A stretch of 64,000 nucleotides of DNA from Octopus sinensis (GCF_006345805.1 NC_042999.1:14074001-14138000); one strand, 5' to 3'. Shown: positions 27,789-41,399, counted from the stretch's first letter. Made by a program: numbers and translations. The notes: generated from the letters alone by a model not told the origin.

Positions 27789-28812
27789 GCAACACTTTTA
27801 AAATGCCAGTAAAATTTCGGTGCCAGTTAATCACTAAAAGAATTCTGTCATCTATTGTATTGTGTTTGCTAAAATTATGTGTGACGGTTTGACTATCTTT
27901 GCTAATCTTAGCTATTTCATTTGCTATTTCCTTTAATCATGATTCATTGTAACTGCATTTGACATAATGATATACAAAAGCATTTGCATGTTTCCAGTAA
28001 TCCCTTATGTCAGTACAAATCCGTTTTATCCTCAAAAAATTGGGATTTCAGATTTGACCAAATAATATGATGTGGGTGATCAGAGCGGCGGTGGAGATAG
28101 ATGTGGGATAACGTGGGCTTGCGAAATAACTCTGTCACTATTCTGCATCGAGAAAACTTGATTTTGTGTCCAAAAATTCAACGCTAGTTTTTGAAAAACT
28201 AGATGTAAATTTATGTTGGACTTAAAGCCATAGTTATTAGTATAACAGTCACAGAAATTCAAGAAGTCCATTAAACTATCCTGTGATCCTTCCCAGACAA
28301 AAAATACGTCATCAATGAACTGTAACCAGAATATTGGTTCATGACCATGAGGGATTTCAATGTCTTCAGTAACCGTGTCTCGAATTTTGTCATGAAGACA
28401 TTAGTAAAATTATCTGCCATGGGGATACCCATTGTTCGTCTGGTGGTAAAATCTTTGTCTAAATTTCATTGTGTTACTTTGTAACACAAACCTCAATAAT
28501 CTACAGAGAAAATTTGATGGAATATTTTTGTTTGATTGCTTTTCAAAGGCATCCATGCATGCTTCTATCCCTTCATCGTGGTCAGTATTAGGATATAAGG
28601 AAAAAACATCCATGGTTACCAAAAAACAGTTCTTGACATGGCCTCAGTGCTTAAAAAAGTTGTTGATTTTAGACACTAAATCAAAAGTATCCTGATTTGC
28701 GACAGAGAGTAGAAAGCCATCCAGCCATTCTGAAATCTTGGCCATACAACATTCATAACCACTGCAAATTGGGTGCATTAGAGGAAATCTTTTTTAATTT
28801 TTGTGTATTTTA
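27165..28812 (-). mobile_element. Penelope-like retroelement (RT plus Cys-rich linker plus GIY-YIG endonuclease; Neptune-like), degenerate
   Basis: PKIHK...PICSG (28750-28810); VTMDVFSLYPN; FIDDVFFVW; CSVLK...KPCLLC; VYTAKC...IYVGCTTEQLNKRLNGHRY; C-terminal HPGGMN. RT portion is frameshifted. Confidence 0.85.
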
Positions 28813-30235
28813 GGGTACGTGCCACTGGCATGGGACCAGTCAGCCAGTATTGGCATTGACCATACTCAAATGGTCCTTTTTATGTGCCACTGGTATGGGT
28901 GCCAATCAGATGGTACTGTCATCAGCCATGACAATAACTTCACTTACCTCAACAGGTCTTTGCAAGTTCAGTTTATTGCTCAACGTATTTAATATTTAGT
29001 TTTCATAAACGAACCTATTTTAATACCAAAAATTAGTGGTACAAATGGTTTTTGAAAATTCTAATCATAAAAGGAACCAAAAGATATTCTAATATGGCTA
29101 ATGGTAGTAATGAGACAAGTTTCACAATTTTAAATCAGCTAATTAAGAAGCTATATTTACTAATTGATTAATGATCTGGTTTGGGATTACTGCATATCTA
29201 TTGGCCATTTGATGGGTGGGGGGAACTAGGAGGAAGCAAGGGTTGGTGGTGGTGGTTCACTCCAGGTGGCAATTTTGGGTCTACTCTATAAGGAGTCAGC
29301 AAATTCAAGTGTTGTCCCAGGCTTCACATGGTCTGGCCAATGCCACTGTTTATACAAGTCTCATTTTACATATTGGAAAGTCTGGTCCTTCAAGATATGA
29401 AAATTATATGAGACAGAAAAGTTTGTAGAAGTAATACAGAAATTTTTCTAAGAATGAAAAATTTTTATACATCTTCATTGTAATTGGAAAATTAAAACAT
29501 TGAGATATTTTCAGCTAAGAAATGTATTTTAAATTCTAAATCAGATAAAAATTTTTGAAATATATTAATTCTAAATTAAGCTGTGCAAAAGAAATAATGG
29601 TATTAGTTTCTAATGGTAATCAATTAATTTTCTGATGATTCAGATAAAGCAATAGTTTTTAACGAGACTTTAAAAATCTGTTTTTATTTTCAATGATGGA
29701 AAAGACATAAATACTAATTCTGTTAATGATAATTTTATTGATCAAATTTTTGATACAAACTTTTACATCTGATTTAGTTTTTGATTCCTTTTCAAAACTG
29801 AATTTTTAAAAAATACTGTCCAGTCTGGATGGCCTTCCCCACTCTCTGATTTTTTTTTTTTTTTTAAAAAGAAAACACATGTCAGGTAAAATTTTCAAAC
29901 CACTATTTCAAATGAAAATTTTTCTTTTCCCATGAAAATATTTTTTTTCTGTCAGTGAATGTTAAAAAAATCTTTCCCATACACAAAAAGGCTTCTCTTA
30001 TCAGAAATTGAAAAACCATCATCCAACTTGTTAATGCTAAAAATTTATGGAATTGGTAATTAAAGACAAATCAGTGCAATTTTTTTAGAAACAAATAAGA
30101 TTATAACTAATTTATGGTTTAGATTCTTATCTAAAAGATCAATAACTAGTCAAAATTTAATGTATGTAAATGAATTGACAAATAATAAATTAACACTGAA
30201 TGTAATATATTGGGACTTAAATTAAAACTGAATAT

Positions 30236-30840
30236 AGACGAGCTGGCAGCAACGTTAGCATGCTGGGTGAGATACTTAGCGGTATTTCATCTGCCGTTAC
30301 GTTCTGAGTTCAAATTCCACCGAGGTTGACTTTGCCTTTCATCCTTTCGGGGTCAATAAAATTAAGTACCAGTTACACACTGAGGTCGATATAATTGACT
30401 TAATCCCTTTGTCTGTCCTTGTTTGTCCCCTCTGTGTGTAGCCCCCTGTGGGTAGTAAAGAAATAGGTATTTCATCTATCGTTACATTCTGAGTTCAAAT
30501 TCTGCTGAGTTCGACTTTGCCTTTCATCCTTTCAGGGTTGATAAAATTAAGTACCAGTTATGCACTGGGGTCGATATAATCGACTTAATCCCTTTGTCTG
30601 TCCTTGTTTGTCCCCTCTGTGTGTAGCCCCCTGTGGGTAGTAAAGAAATAGGTATTTCATCTATCGTTAAATTCTGAGTTCAAATTCTGCTGAGTTCGAC
30701 TTTGCCTTTCATCCTTTCAGGGTTGATAAATTTAGTACCAGTTATGCACTGGAGTTGATGTAATCAACTTAATCCCTTTGTCTGTCCTTGTTTGTCCCCT
30801 CTATGTTTAGCCCCTTGTGGGCAATAAAGAAATAAGATTT
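30236..30840 (+). mobile_element. Family B SINE trimer (~180-bp internal period)
   Basis: Junction AAAGAAATAG|GTATTTC near 30462 and 30646; units 2 and 3 share private variants. Confidence 0.8.
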
Positions 30841-31089
30841 CAAATTTTGGCACAAGGCCAGCAATTTTGGGGAAGGGAATAAGTCGGTTACATCGACCCT
30901 CATCCCTCCCATCTGTGTAACTGGTACTTATTTATCAACCCCAAAAGGATGAAAGCAAAGTTGACCTCAGTGGAATTTGGACTCAGAATGTTAAGATGGA
31001 TGAAACGCTGCTAAGCAAAATGCTTGGTGTGCTAACGATTCTGTCAGCTTGTCACCTTTAACATAAATTAACATTGAATTTAATATATC

Positions 31090-33560
31090 TGGAAGATCAA
31101 TGATATGACGAATGACATCAATGATCAAGTTGATGGTCAGGAGATCAATTGAACCTGAATCAACTGGAAATTACTATTTTTAAATCTCACAATGAGAGAT
31201 ATTCAGCGACAGTACTTTGTAGTAAAGATTGTTTGCCAATACAACATAGCAGTCCTGGTTTAGAATGAATGTTGCTGTAATTTAGCCCCAGGAGATACGT
31301 CTCCAGCTGGCTATACGACACAATCTGTGTTCTTATATTTTCGAAAATATAAGGATGCTGGACTGGCTCCTGTGCAGGTGGCACATAAAAAGCACCATTT
31401 GAGCATGGCCGTTGCCAGTACTGCCTGACTGGCCTTCGTGCCAGTGGCACGTAAAAGCATCCTCTACACTCTCAGAGTGGTTAGCGTTAGGAAGGGCATC
31501 CAGCTGTAGAAACTCTGCCAGATCAGTTTGGAGCCTGGTGCAGCCATCTGGTTTCCCCAGACCACAGTCGAATCGTCCAACCTATGCTAGCATGGAAAGC
31601 GGACGTTAAACGAAGATGATGATGATGATACAGATCATGTTGTATAGCCAGCTGGAGATGATGTCTCCTAGGGCTAAATTACAGCAACATTCGTCCTAAA
31701 CCAGGACTGCCATGTTATGTTGGCAAACAATCTGAATCAACTGATTTGACATTGTGGCTGGAGTGAATAATGTATTTACTCTGGTTTATTTAAAGCGGAG
31801 TTTCACTTTGTCAGCCTCTTGAAACAACTGATAAGGCCTCACATATATTAGAAATCTTTCCTTGATTCAGAAAACCTTCTGTGAGAGATTATCTGTAGGT
31901 GCTGTAGAATGGAACATCAGCTATGTTGGCAACAAAATCTGGATTTCAAGTTTCATCATCATCATTTAACGTCTGCTTTCCATGCTGGCATGGGTTGGAT
32001 GATTTTGTCTGCGGGCTGGTGAACCAGATGGCTGTACCAAGTACCAATCTTGATCTGTCAGAGTTTCTACAGCTGGATGCCCTTCCTAATGCCAACCACT
32101 CCGAGAGTGTAGTAGGTGCTTTTTATGTGTCACCAGCACGGGGCCAGTCAGGCAGTACTGGTAATGACCTCACTCGAGCTCCTGAAAGGAAAGACATTCA
32201 TTGCATGATTCATCATCAGACATTGGGCTTAAGAATCTTCCAGCACCATCAGGGAAGATTTTGGACCAAACAGTTCAAATTATGGAAGTCATCAAGGGAA
32301 GGTCTGTCAGTTCTCAAATTTCCTTTCAAACAGTTATGTATCAAAATAGAGGCAAACCCACATTTGCTTTTTTTTTTTCACACAAAACTGTTTGATGGTT
32401 TTCAAGGGGAAAGGTAAATGAATAAGTATTTGAGCTTAAAGATGAGCTCAAATTATTTTTTGAAGTCAGAGTAAGATGGGATTTTTTGGTTGGTTTAAGA
32501 ATGAGAATGGATTGTGTGCTTGGTTTGTTTGATTGCTATTGAAAAGCAGCTGAACAAACTTGCTCATCGGATACAAGGGAGGAATACAAATATAATAAAA
32601 TCCATCGATTCTTTGAAAGCTTTAATGAAAAAACATCAAAAATTAGACAAAAACGGTCAGTATCAAAGATAGTTCAATATTTGGGAAACTCCTAGGCAGC
32701 AAGTTGGCAGAAATGTTAGCACGCCAGGCGAAATACTTAGCGGTATTTCATCTGCTGTTACGTTGTGAGTTCAAATTCAGCCGAGGTCGACTTTGCCTTT
32801 CATCCTTTTGGGGTCGATAAATAAAGTACCAGTTACACACTGGGGTCGATGTAATCGAATTAATCCATTTGTCTGTCCTTTTTTGTCCCTTCTATGTTTA
32901 GCCCCTTGTGGGTAATAAAGAAATAGGTATTTCATCTGTCTTTACATTCTGAGTTCAAATTCTGCCGAGTTCAACTTTGCCTTTTATCCTTTTGGGGTCA
33001 ATAAATTAAATACCAGTTGCATACTGAGATCGATCTAACAACTGGTCCCCTCCCACAAAATTTCTGGTCTTGTGCCTAGAGTAGAAAAGAAAATTTGGGA
33101 AATTCCAGTATATTCTTATTACTGGTGTTTCCAAAATTCCCAAATAAATAAAAGCACCAGATAATGAATTTAGCCAATATTTTTCTAGATTCAGAAACAA
33201 GAAATTGGTTTTAGTGCTGAATCCATTTAAATCGTCAGTTGAAAAAAATTCCCTAATGAATGTCAAGAGAAATTTCTGCCACTAAAGAATTACTTGGGAG
33301 CAAAAGATAGGTTCGAGGAGAAATCAATAAAAGACTTTTGGTATCTTAAGTGCAATTCCTAGCCAAAAGTGACAGAAAGAACTATACATACCTTTATTTG
33401 TGTCAACATATTTTTGTAAGTCAGGTTTTTCAGTTTTGATGCAAATATAAATAAAGCAATGAAGTGGACTAGAAGCTGCAAATGATTTTGTGTTGTGCAC
33501 TTTCAAGTTCTTATATCCAAGAAATGATGATGCAGAAATGAATAACAAAACCCTGGAATT
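31090..33560 (+). mobile_element. Fragmented hAT-Charlie/Buster transposase relic, interrupted by several insertions
   Basis: QL.ESTD split by an insertion; LETTDKA; DGTSAMLATKSGFQ; ILDQTVQIMEVIK; V*WFSRGKV..VFELKDEL; TNIIKSIDSLKALMKK; STYFCKSGFS. Confidence 0.75.
31167..31731. mobile_element. Fold-back insertion with a 12-bp TSD, itself interrupted by a family A SINE
   Basis: CTGAATCAACTG at 31155-31166 and 31732-31743; arms 31226-31342 versus 31343-31356 plus 31630-31733; axis TTATATTT-TCGA-AAATATAA. Confidence 0.8.
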
Positions 33561-34439
33561 CTACCAAACTTTGCAGCTCAAAGTATGAATTGGTAACTTT
33601 ACTCTGTTATGTTTTTACTTAGTTCTTTCAGTCATTAGACTGTGGCCATTCTGGGGCACTGCCTTGGTGAATTTTAGTCGAATGATTTGACCCCAGTACT
33701 AAATTTTATAAAACTTAGTACTTATTCTATCAGTCTCTTTTGCTGAACTACTAAGTTATAGGGATGTAAACACACCAACACCAGTTGGTAAGTGTTGGCA
33801 GGGAATAAACACAGGCACAAAGACACATGCATAGACACACACACATACAACACAAATGCATGCATGTATGCACACACGCACACACATATGTACGTGCATA
33901 CATACATACAATGGGCTTCTTTCAGTTTCTATCAGCCAAATCTACTCATAAGGCTTTGGCTGGCCCAAGGCTATAGTAGAAGACTTTTAGCCAAGGTGCT
34001 ACACTGTGTGGGACTGAACCCAAAACCATGTGATTGGGAAGCCAACCTCTTACCACACTGCCAACACAAACTTTTATTCAAATTTTAAATTCCCCCAACA
34101 TTTTCTATTTCTATTAAATCATTAAAATTCCATTATAAAAATTAAAACAAACAAGAGCATTCAGAGGGTGCAAACCTCTGCCAAGGTAACACCAATATCC
34201 TCTCAATGATTAGCCAGAGAAGATTTTTAAAATGAGAATATCTGAAATAAGCTTGATTGCTCTCACAAACGAGAATACTAAAAATGAACCCGACCGCTCT
34301 CAAAAATTAAATAAAAAAACGAAAAATAACCCAGAAACATTGTCTGGTACCAGACAATGGTTTGGTCAAAGAAGAAAATGTTTGCTTTCAGTCCTTTTAC
34401 TCTTGTTCCTCACACAACCTCTTTTGCCAAAGCCACTTT

Positions 34440-35020
34440 GAAGAGAGGAAAATTAATTAAGAATAGCAATATCATATCTGATAAAAAGAAAGAGAGATGA
34501 GAGAATTATATCAAACACCGACTTATAAATACTCAGAAATCAATGAAGTAGACAGTGTAATGCACATAAATAAAAGAAAAGTTTTAGAAGGAATATTATA
34601 GATGCATTAGATTAATATTTAAAACAGAGCTAAGTGCAAGGAAAAACAAAAAGAAATGAATAGATGGAAAAACATGGTAATAAACGTCTTCAAAGAAGCC
34701 AACAAAATGTAAAACAGGAACTGAAGCAACAGACAGTTTTGAGGAGAGAGAGGAGGGAAAAATATAGATATTGGGAAAAAGTCGAGAATTAAGTAAAGAC
34801 AGGCTTAAAAAGTGTCATTGCAAAGTGATGACAAGAAATGTCCCTTTAAAGATCAATATCCGAATAGGGTGGAAATAGAAAAATAGATAAAAACTCAACA
34901 GGGAGGAAAATAGATAAAGAAAAGTTGGAGGAATGGCTGAGAATCTCAGGGCTTAAAGCTAAAACCTCGAAGATTTATTTTTGTGGAGTAAGGAGAACAA
35001 AACCCCTAATAATTAGTAAA
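34440..35020 (+). mobile_element. Old LINE relic resembling the Dong/R4 clade
   Basis: FKTELSARK-like and DQYPNRV...IDKEKLEEWLRISGLKAKT.RFIF motifs match the post-RT region of R4/Dong proteins; many stops. Confidence 0.5.
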
Positions 35021-35043
35021 AGCATGTCATGAAGCAGAATGCA

Positions 35044-35250
35044 TTAAGCCCTTAGCATTCAGATTATTGTTTAATGTGGCACTTATTTATTTTCATTGTT
35101 TTGAATCATCTTGTTGCTTCAAGTGTTTGATGGTGTGACTGTTTATTTTAACAATGACATTGTAGGGTAGGTGTAAAAGACCAGATCTAGCTGGTTTCAA
35201 TGTTAAACAGATAGAATATTTTGGCCTGATATCGCCAGTTTAAATGCTAA
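35044..35250. mobile_element. piggyBac-type MITE fragment (family of 55883-56349)
   Basis: TTAAGCCCTTAGCATTCAGAT start; inverse similarity to 56150-56349. Confidence 0.55.
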
Positions 35251-35686
35251 ATCCACTCACAAGGATTTGGTTGGCCCGAGGCTATAGTAGAAGACACTTG
35301 CCCAAGGTTCCACACAGTGGGACTGAATCCAGAACCATGTAGTTCGTAAGTAAGCTACTTACCACACAGCCACTCCTATGCCTATGAAACTGGTGAGAAT
35401 TATTAAAGATCATAAAGACAAATACATTATTAAAACCCCAGCACTTACAAATAAAATAAATAACTGTAATGTGACCCAAAAAGCACAGGGTCGTTCTGAA
35501 GCTGTGACCTGGCAGGAAAGTAAAAAATAGTGAGGAGCAACTGTATGGTAAAAAGTTTGCTTCCCAACTGCATGGTCTTGAGTTCAGTTCCAGTATGTGG
35601 TACCTTGGGCAATTGGTTTCTACTGTAGCCTTTGGCTGACCAAAGCCTTGTGACTGAATTTGGTAGACAGAAACTGAAAGAAGCCT

Positions 35687-35737
<51 letters not shown>

Positions 35738-36031
35738 AAAATAGGGATGAAAACATCCATCCTTTTACTGGCTCCACTGTTAAATACCCAATTTTGCAGA
35801 GAAAGCCTTAGAAATTACATAGGTGTATATCAAATTTATAAAAATGAATGGAAAAACAGACATATATAACAATTGCCAATTCAAAACTTAAAATTTAGAA
35901 TTTATTAACATAATACTATATTATATTATATTATATTCTTATAATAATATAACATAATATAATAAATAATAAATATTAAATTATAAATTTCATACAATTG
36001 TTTCAATTCTTACCCATAATAAAATTATAAA

Positions 36032-36120
36032 ATCCATTGTTTTGGGGCAAGAGTTTCCTCAGTGTAATCCTCATATATAGAAAATTACATTGAGGAGATT
36101 CTTGCCCACAAAAAATGGAC
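36032..36120 (+). other. 37-bp-arm imperfect hairpin with a 15-nt loop
   Basis: The 24 loop-proximal pairs are all Watson-Crick or G.U on the plus strand. Confidence 0.6.
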
Positions 36121-36552
36121 TTTTAAAATTTTATTATGAGTAAGATTCAAAACATATGTAATTTATCTTCAACTTACGTTAAGATGTATTGAAATATACA
36201 GAAATAAATTTTTTATTCTCAAATGTGTAATAATGCTAATAAAATAGCAAGAACAAGATAAGTTATTCATACATTGCAGACTTGAACTCACCTCCCGGTG
36301 TTTATGCATCAAGTGCTTTACCATTAAGCTAAACTGCCCAGTAACAAATTCTTCTGCAATTTTAGAACTTAAAAATTTAGCTTCATAAGATGCTAATGTT
36401 AAATTCAACTTACAATAAAAGTAAACAAAGTTTGTTTTAGAAGTGTATTTTTCTACAATATATGGATAATTTATCCTGTTCACACTATTCTATTAGCATT
36501 ATCATGCGCCCGAGAAAAAAATTTTATTTCTGTACCTTTTAATATTTATTCA

Positions 36553-38290
36553 TCATCATCATCATCATCATCATCATTTAACGTCCGCTTTCCATGCTAG
36601 CATGGGTTGGACGGTTCAACTGGGGTCTGGGGAGCCCGAAAGCTGCACCAGTCCAGTCAGATCTGGCAGTGTTTCTACAGCTGGATGCCCTTCCTAACGC
36701 CAACCACTCCGAGAGTGTAGTGGGTGATTTTATGTGCCACCGACACAGGTGCCAGACGAGGCTGGCAAACGGCCATGCTCGGATGGTGTTTTTTTATGTG
36801 CGACCGACACAGGTGCCAGATGAGGCTGGCAAACGGCCACGATCGGATTGTGTTTGTTACGTGCCCACAGCACGGAGGCCAGTCGATGCGGTACTGGCTA
36901 CGGCCACGTTCGGATGGTTTTCTTGTGTGTCACGTGCCACCGGCACTGGTACCACAAAGATACAAATTCCATTGATGTTCATCTATTTTGATTTGTTTTG
37001 ATTTTCACTTGCCTCAACAGGTCTTCACAAGTGTCACAAGAAGGAAGGTAAGCATGGGTGGACTGACTACGTCCCAGGTAAGGGCCACGGATTATGGCCT
37101 GACTAGTCTTGCCGGGTCTTCGGATGGTGTTTTTATGTGCCACCGACACAGGTGCCAGATGAGGCTGGCGAACGGCCACGATCGGATGGTGTTTGTTACG
37201 TGCCCACAGCACGGAGGCCATTCGATGCGGTACTGGCTACGGCCACGTTCGGATGGTTTTCTTGTGTGCCACCGGCACTGGTACCACAAAGATACAAATT
37301 CCATTAATGTTCATCTATTTTGATTTGTTTTGATTTGATTTGATTCGTTTTGATTTGATTTTGATTTTCACTTGCCTCAACAGGCCTTCACAAGTATCAC
37401 AAGGAGGAAGGTATGCACAGGTGGACTGACTACGTCCCAGGTAGGGGCCATGGGATATGGCCTGACTAGTCTTGCCGGGTCTTCAGATGGTGTTTTTATG
37501 TGCCACCGACACAGGTGCTAGATGAGGCTGGCAAACGGCCACGATCGGATGGTGTTTGTTATGTGCCCACAGCACGATGGCCAGTGATGCGGTACTGACT
37601 ACGGCCACGTTCGGATGGATTTCTTGTGTGCCACAGGCACTGGTACCACAAAGATACAAATTCCATTGATGTTCATCTATTTTGATTTGATTTGATTTTC
37701 ACTTGCCTCAACAGGTCTTCACAAGTGTCACAAGAGGAAGGTATGCACAGGTGGACTGACTAGTCTTGCCGGGTCTTCGGAATGTGTTTTTATGTGCCAC
37801 CGACATAGGTGCCAGATGAGGCTGGCGAACGGCCATGATCGGATGGTGTTTGTTACGTGCCCACAGCATGGAGGCCGGTCGATGCGGAACTGGCTATGGC
37901 CACGTTCGGATGGTTTTCTTGTGTGCCACCGGCACTGGTACCACAAAGATACAGATTCTATTGATGTTCATCTATTTTGATTTGTTTTGATTTTCACTTG
38001 CCTCAACAGGTCTTCACAAGTGTCACAAGAAGGAAGGTATGCACAGGTGGACTGACTACGTCCTAGGTAGGGGCCATGGGTTATGGCCTGACTAGTCTTG
38101 CCGGGTCTTTGGATGGTGTTTTTATGCACCACCGACACAGGTGCTAGATGAGGCTGGCGAACGGCCACGATCGGATGGTGTTTGTTATGTGCCCACAGCA
38201 CGATGGCCAGTGATGCGGTACTCACTACGGCCACGTTCGGATGGATTCTTGTGTGCCACCGGCACTGGTACCACAAAGATACAAATTCCA
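36553..38290 (-). repeat. Tandem array of ~295-362-bp SINE-derived units ending in a single family A (GAT)n tail
   Basis: Anchor CCACAAAGATACA at 36952, 37284, 37646, 37941 and 38271. Confidence 0.9.
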
Positions 38291-39666
38291 TTATTTATAT
38301 TATTTTATATTATTATAAGAGTATAATATAATATAGTATTATGTTAATAAATTTTAAGCTTTGAATTGGACAATTGTTATATATATCTCCATTTTCTATT
38401 CATGTTCACACACACACACACACACACGTATATATATGTCAATGTGTGTGTCCCCCAGCCCTACTTGATAACTGGTGTTGGTGTGTTTATGTACCCGTAA
38501 CTTAGTAGTTCAGCAATAGAGACTGATAGAATCCCGAGGTCAATGCATCCGGCTAAAATTCCTCAAAGCAGTGCCCCAGCATGGTTGCTGTCTTCATGAC
38601 TGAAACAAAAAAAGGTAAAAGATAAATAACATAGACACAAAACCTGGTGGGATTTGAACTTGGAATATGGAGGATCAAAACAAACACTGCAAATTCATCA
38701 TGAAATGAAAAATTAAAAAGAACCCTATCCAATGTGCAGGGTGACATGTTCTCATCAACAATGGGAAGATATATGGCAGTGTCTGACTGGTTTACAAGAC
38801 TGATGGTGAGGTGAGGTAAGGTGAGGCAACCAGCTGTGTTGGTGAACTAAACACCAATCACCCCCCCCCCATACCACAAAGACCCCTCATACCGTGGATC
38901 AGTAAAATACATGAGTCAGAGTCAAAGGTATTGGCAGTGATATTGACTCGTGATTATTTATTTGTAACACAATATGTGTGGGTGGTGAGTGCAGAGGTTA
39001 GTAAAAGTGCTCTTTTGTTGGGGGTAGTCTGTATGGATAGACAAGAGACCCTAAAATGGGTCTAAAATAATGAGACCCTAAAACTACAGACTCATTCTGA
39101 AGCTGTGACCTGTCAGGAAAATAAACAAATAAATAACAATAGAAGTGCAGAGAATAAAACCCAGTTGCTGCACAAGTGGCAGTAAGGGTCACTTGAGGAA
39201 TTTTTGCCTTTAAGAACTGGTAAGGCAAGAGAAGAGAAATACAGACAGAGGGAGAGAAAATGGTTGACAAGAACAGGGCGAGAGCCACATCAACAGCAGC
39301 AGATCCTGGAGGTTGCTGTATTAACAGCAATGCCATTTCCATCCCTGGTTGCAGCTCCAAATCTTGTTGAAAAATTTGCTTAATTCTCAAGACTAAATGC
39401 TAGATGCTAGGAAACTTTCCTTCAACCATAATTAGTAGTTTTATCCAATCAATCTGCAATGATGGAGCGGGTATGGTGCAAATGGAGTCTGGAGAAGATC
39501 AACAAACTGTCACAGAGGGGGACAAAAATTGTTCAGTGATAACAAAAGATGTACAATACACATTAAGTTGATCCCATTCCAGGGACAACATAAAATATCT
39601 CCTTCAGCCATATGTTCGCACTATAGCAAGCCACTTGTGCCTGTCCCTCTATCATTCTTTAAGCCT

Positions 39667-40030
39667 TTCAATTCAATTTTTCAATTCAATTCAATTTTTA
39701 TTGGCTCAAAAAGCAAAAGCAAGGTCATGTAGGGGGACAGGAAGTTATGTACAGGGAGGGTGGTCATACAAAGAGTTCAGGTCATTTCAGGTCAAGAGAG
39801 GCTTTGAACCGAGCGGTTGTTGGCATCTTCACTATCTTGTCTGGCAGCTTATTCCACGAATCTGCAACCCAGACGGAGAAAGCCCCTCTCCTTCAATTGA
39901 GATGAAATCGTCGTAGATGGAGCTTTTTGGAGTGACCCCGCAACCCATGCTCTGGAGCAGGAGTGAATAACAGCTCTTTCGAGAGGTTACACTTTCCACT
40001 TATGATGTTGTGAGCGAGGATGAGATCACC
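39667..40030 (-). mobile_element. CR1/L2-group LINE 3' end with (ATTGA)n tail
   Basis: GDLILAHNII...LRGHSKKL...RRGAFSVWVADSWNKLP...FKASLD. Confidence 0.8.
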
Positions 40031-41399
40031 TTCCCCTGCACATTCTCCTCCCTAATTCTTCATAGTAGTGGGAGCTTTTCCCACTCCATTTCCTTCTCTT
40101 CCTCTATTTTTTTCCAGTCTTGCAAGTTAAATAGTAACCTCACTAGTGCTGGTGTGGCATGAAAATAGCATCTAGTACACTCTGTAAAGTGGTTGGTTTT
40201 AAGAAGGGCATCTGGCCATAGAGACCATGCCAAAGATTATATTAGAACTCAGCACAGCCTTGCAGTATGCTGATTTCCTGCTAAACTGTCCTACCATTTC
40301 GAGCATGGAAACTGGAAGTTATATGATAATGATGATGATGGTTAGTAATATGGCTCTGAGATCAAAGCTGAGTGCTGTAAAATATAAGAATAATGAAGAT
40401 GATGTGCTATATAATGGAAAAGATTAAGGGGCAGATTTTAAGGCTGTGGTGATGATGGCAGTATCATCAAGACACGCGCAAACGGGGACCAGAGTAAAAG
40501 CAAACAACAAAACAAAACAGTGATAGTCAGGTCAGGTCAGATGTAGGGGCCTGTGCCTTTGCAGTGCATTGCTGCATTCACTGTTTGTTGGTATACTCCT
40601 GCGGCGAGCTGGCAGAAACGTTAGCACGTCGGGTGAAATGCATAGCCGTATTTCATCTGCCGTTACGTTCTGAGTTCAAATTCAAAGGTCGACTTTGCCT
40701 TTCATCCTTTCGGTATCGATTAAATAAGTACCAGTTACACGCTGGGGTCGATATAATCGATTTAATCCGTTTGTCTGTCCTTGTTTGTCTTCTCTGTGTT
40801 TAGCTCCTTGTGGGTAGTAAAGAAATATGTATACTACTGCATCCTTGTGGGTGACCTATGGAACAGAATTCCAGTCAGTCCCTATCTCCATGAGATACCT
40901 TCTCATCTGCTGTTAACATGTGGCAGGTGATTGACCAATATGAGTTGCCGACCCACTCAGATCCTTAGTGAAAAGAACATGGTAAGCAGAGTCTGGCTCA
41001 GAAAATTGAAAAACACAGCCAAATAGTCTAATGTGGTGCTCCCAAATCGTATAAATAACAAGGCACATCTCAGTTCCTGAGTAACCCCTAATACTGCAGA
41101 GTGTTCTGGTACTGAAGGAGTTTAGGCAGCCCATAAGGGCTCTGGGTTGTGTCCAAGGCTCCCAATTATAGAGCAGGACAATCTTACTTCATATTTGAAA
41201 TGAAGTTTCCCCAACATGGCCAGGGTCCCTACTAATGTAATTGGAACTAGAAACCCTTTATTTTTCTTTCCAGTACCTCGTATTTTACCATGGAAACCAT
41301 TTTTTTTCTTTTTCTGTAAATGAAACACACAAGATTTATCAATACAGTCGACTTTCAATTATCTGATTAAATATGAAATGAAATGATTTTTCAATACCA

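Noticed and set aside
36950-38290. Tandem array as a CRISPR array or hammerhead retrozyme
   Set aside because: Units are fully homologous with no unique spacers, the context is eukaryotic, and the CAGATGA...GAAC look-alike is part of the SINE internal repeat and lacks the core.
38998-39390. 130-aa minus-strand ORF
   Set aside because: No recognisable domain, non-ATG start, and no convincing splice structure.
41000-41300. Possible Dong/R4 C-terminal relic (SIIGSLG-like)
   Set aside because: Similarity too short and degenerate to call.
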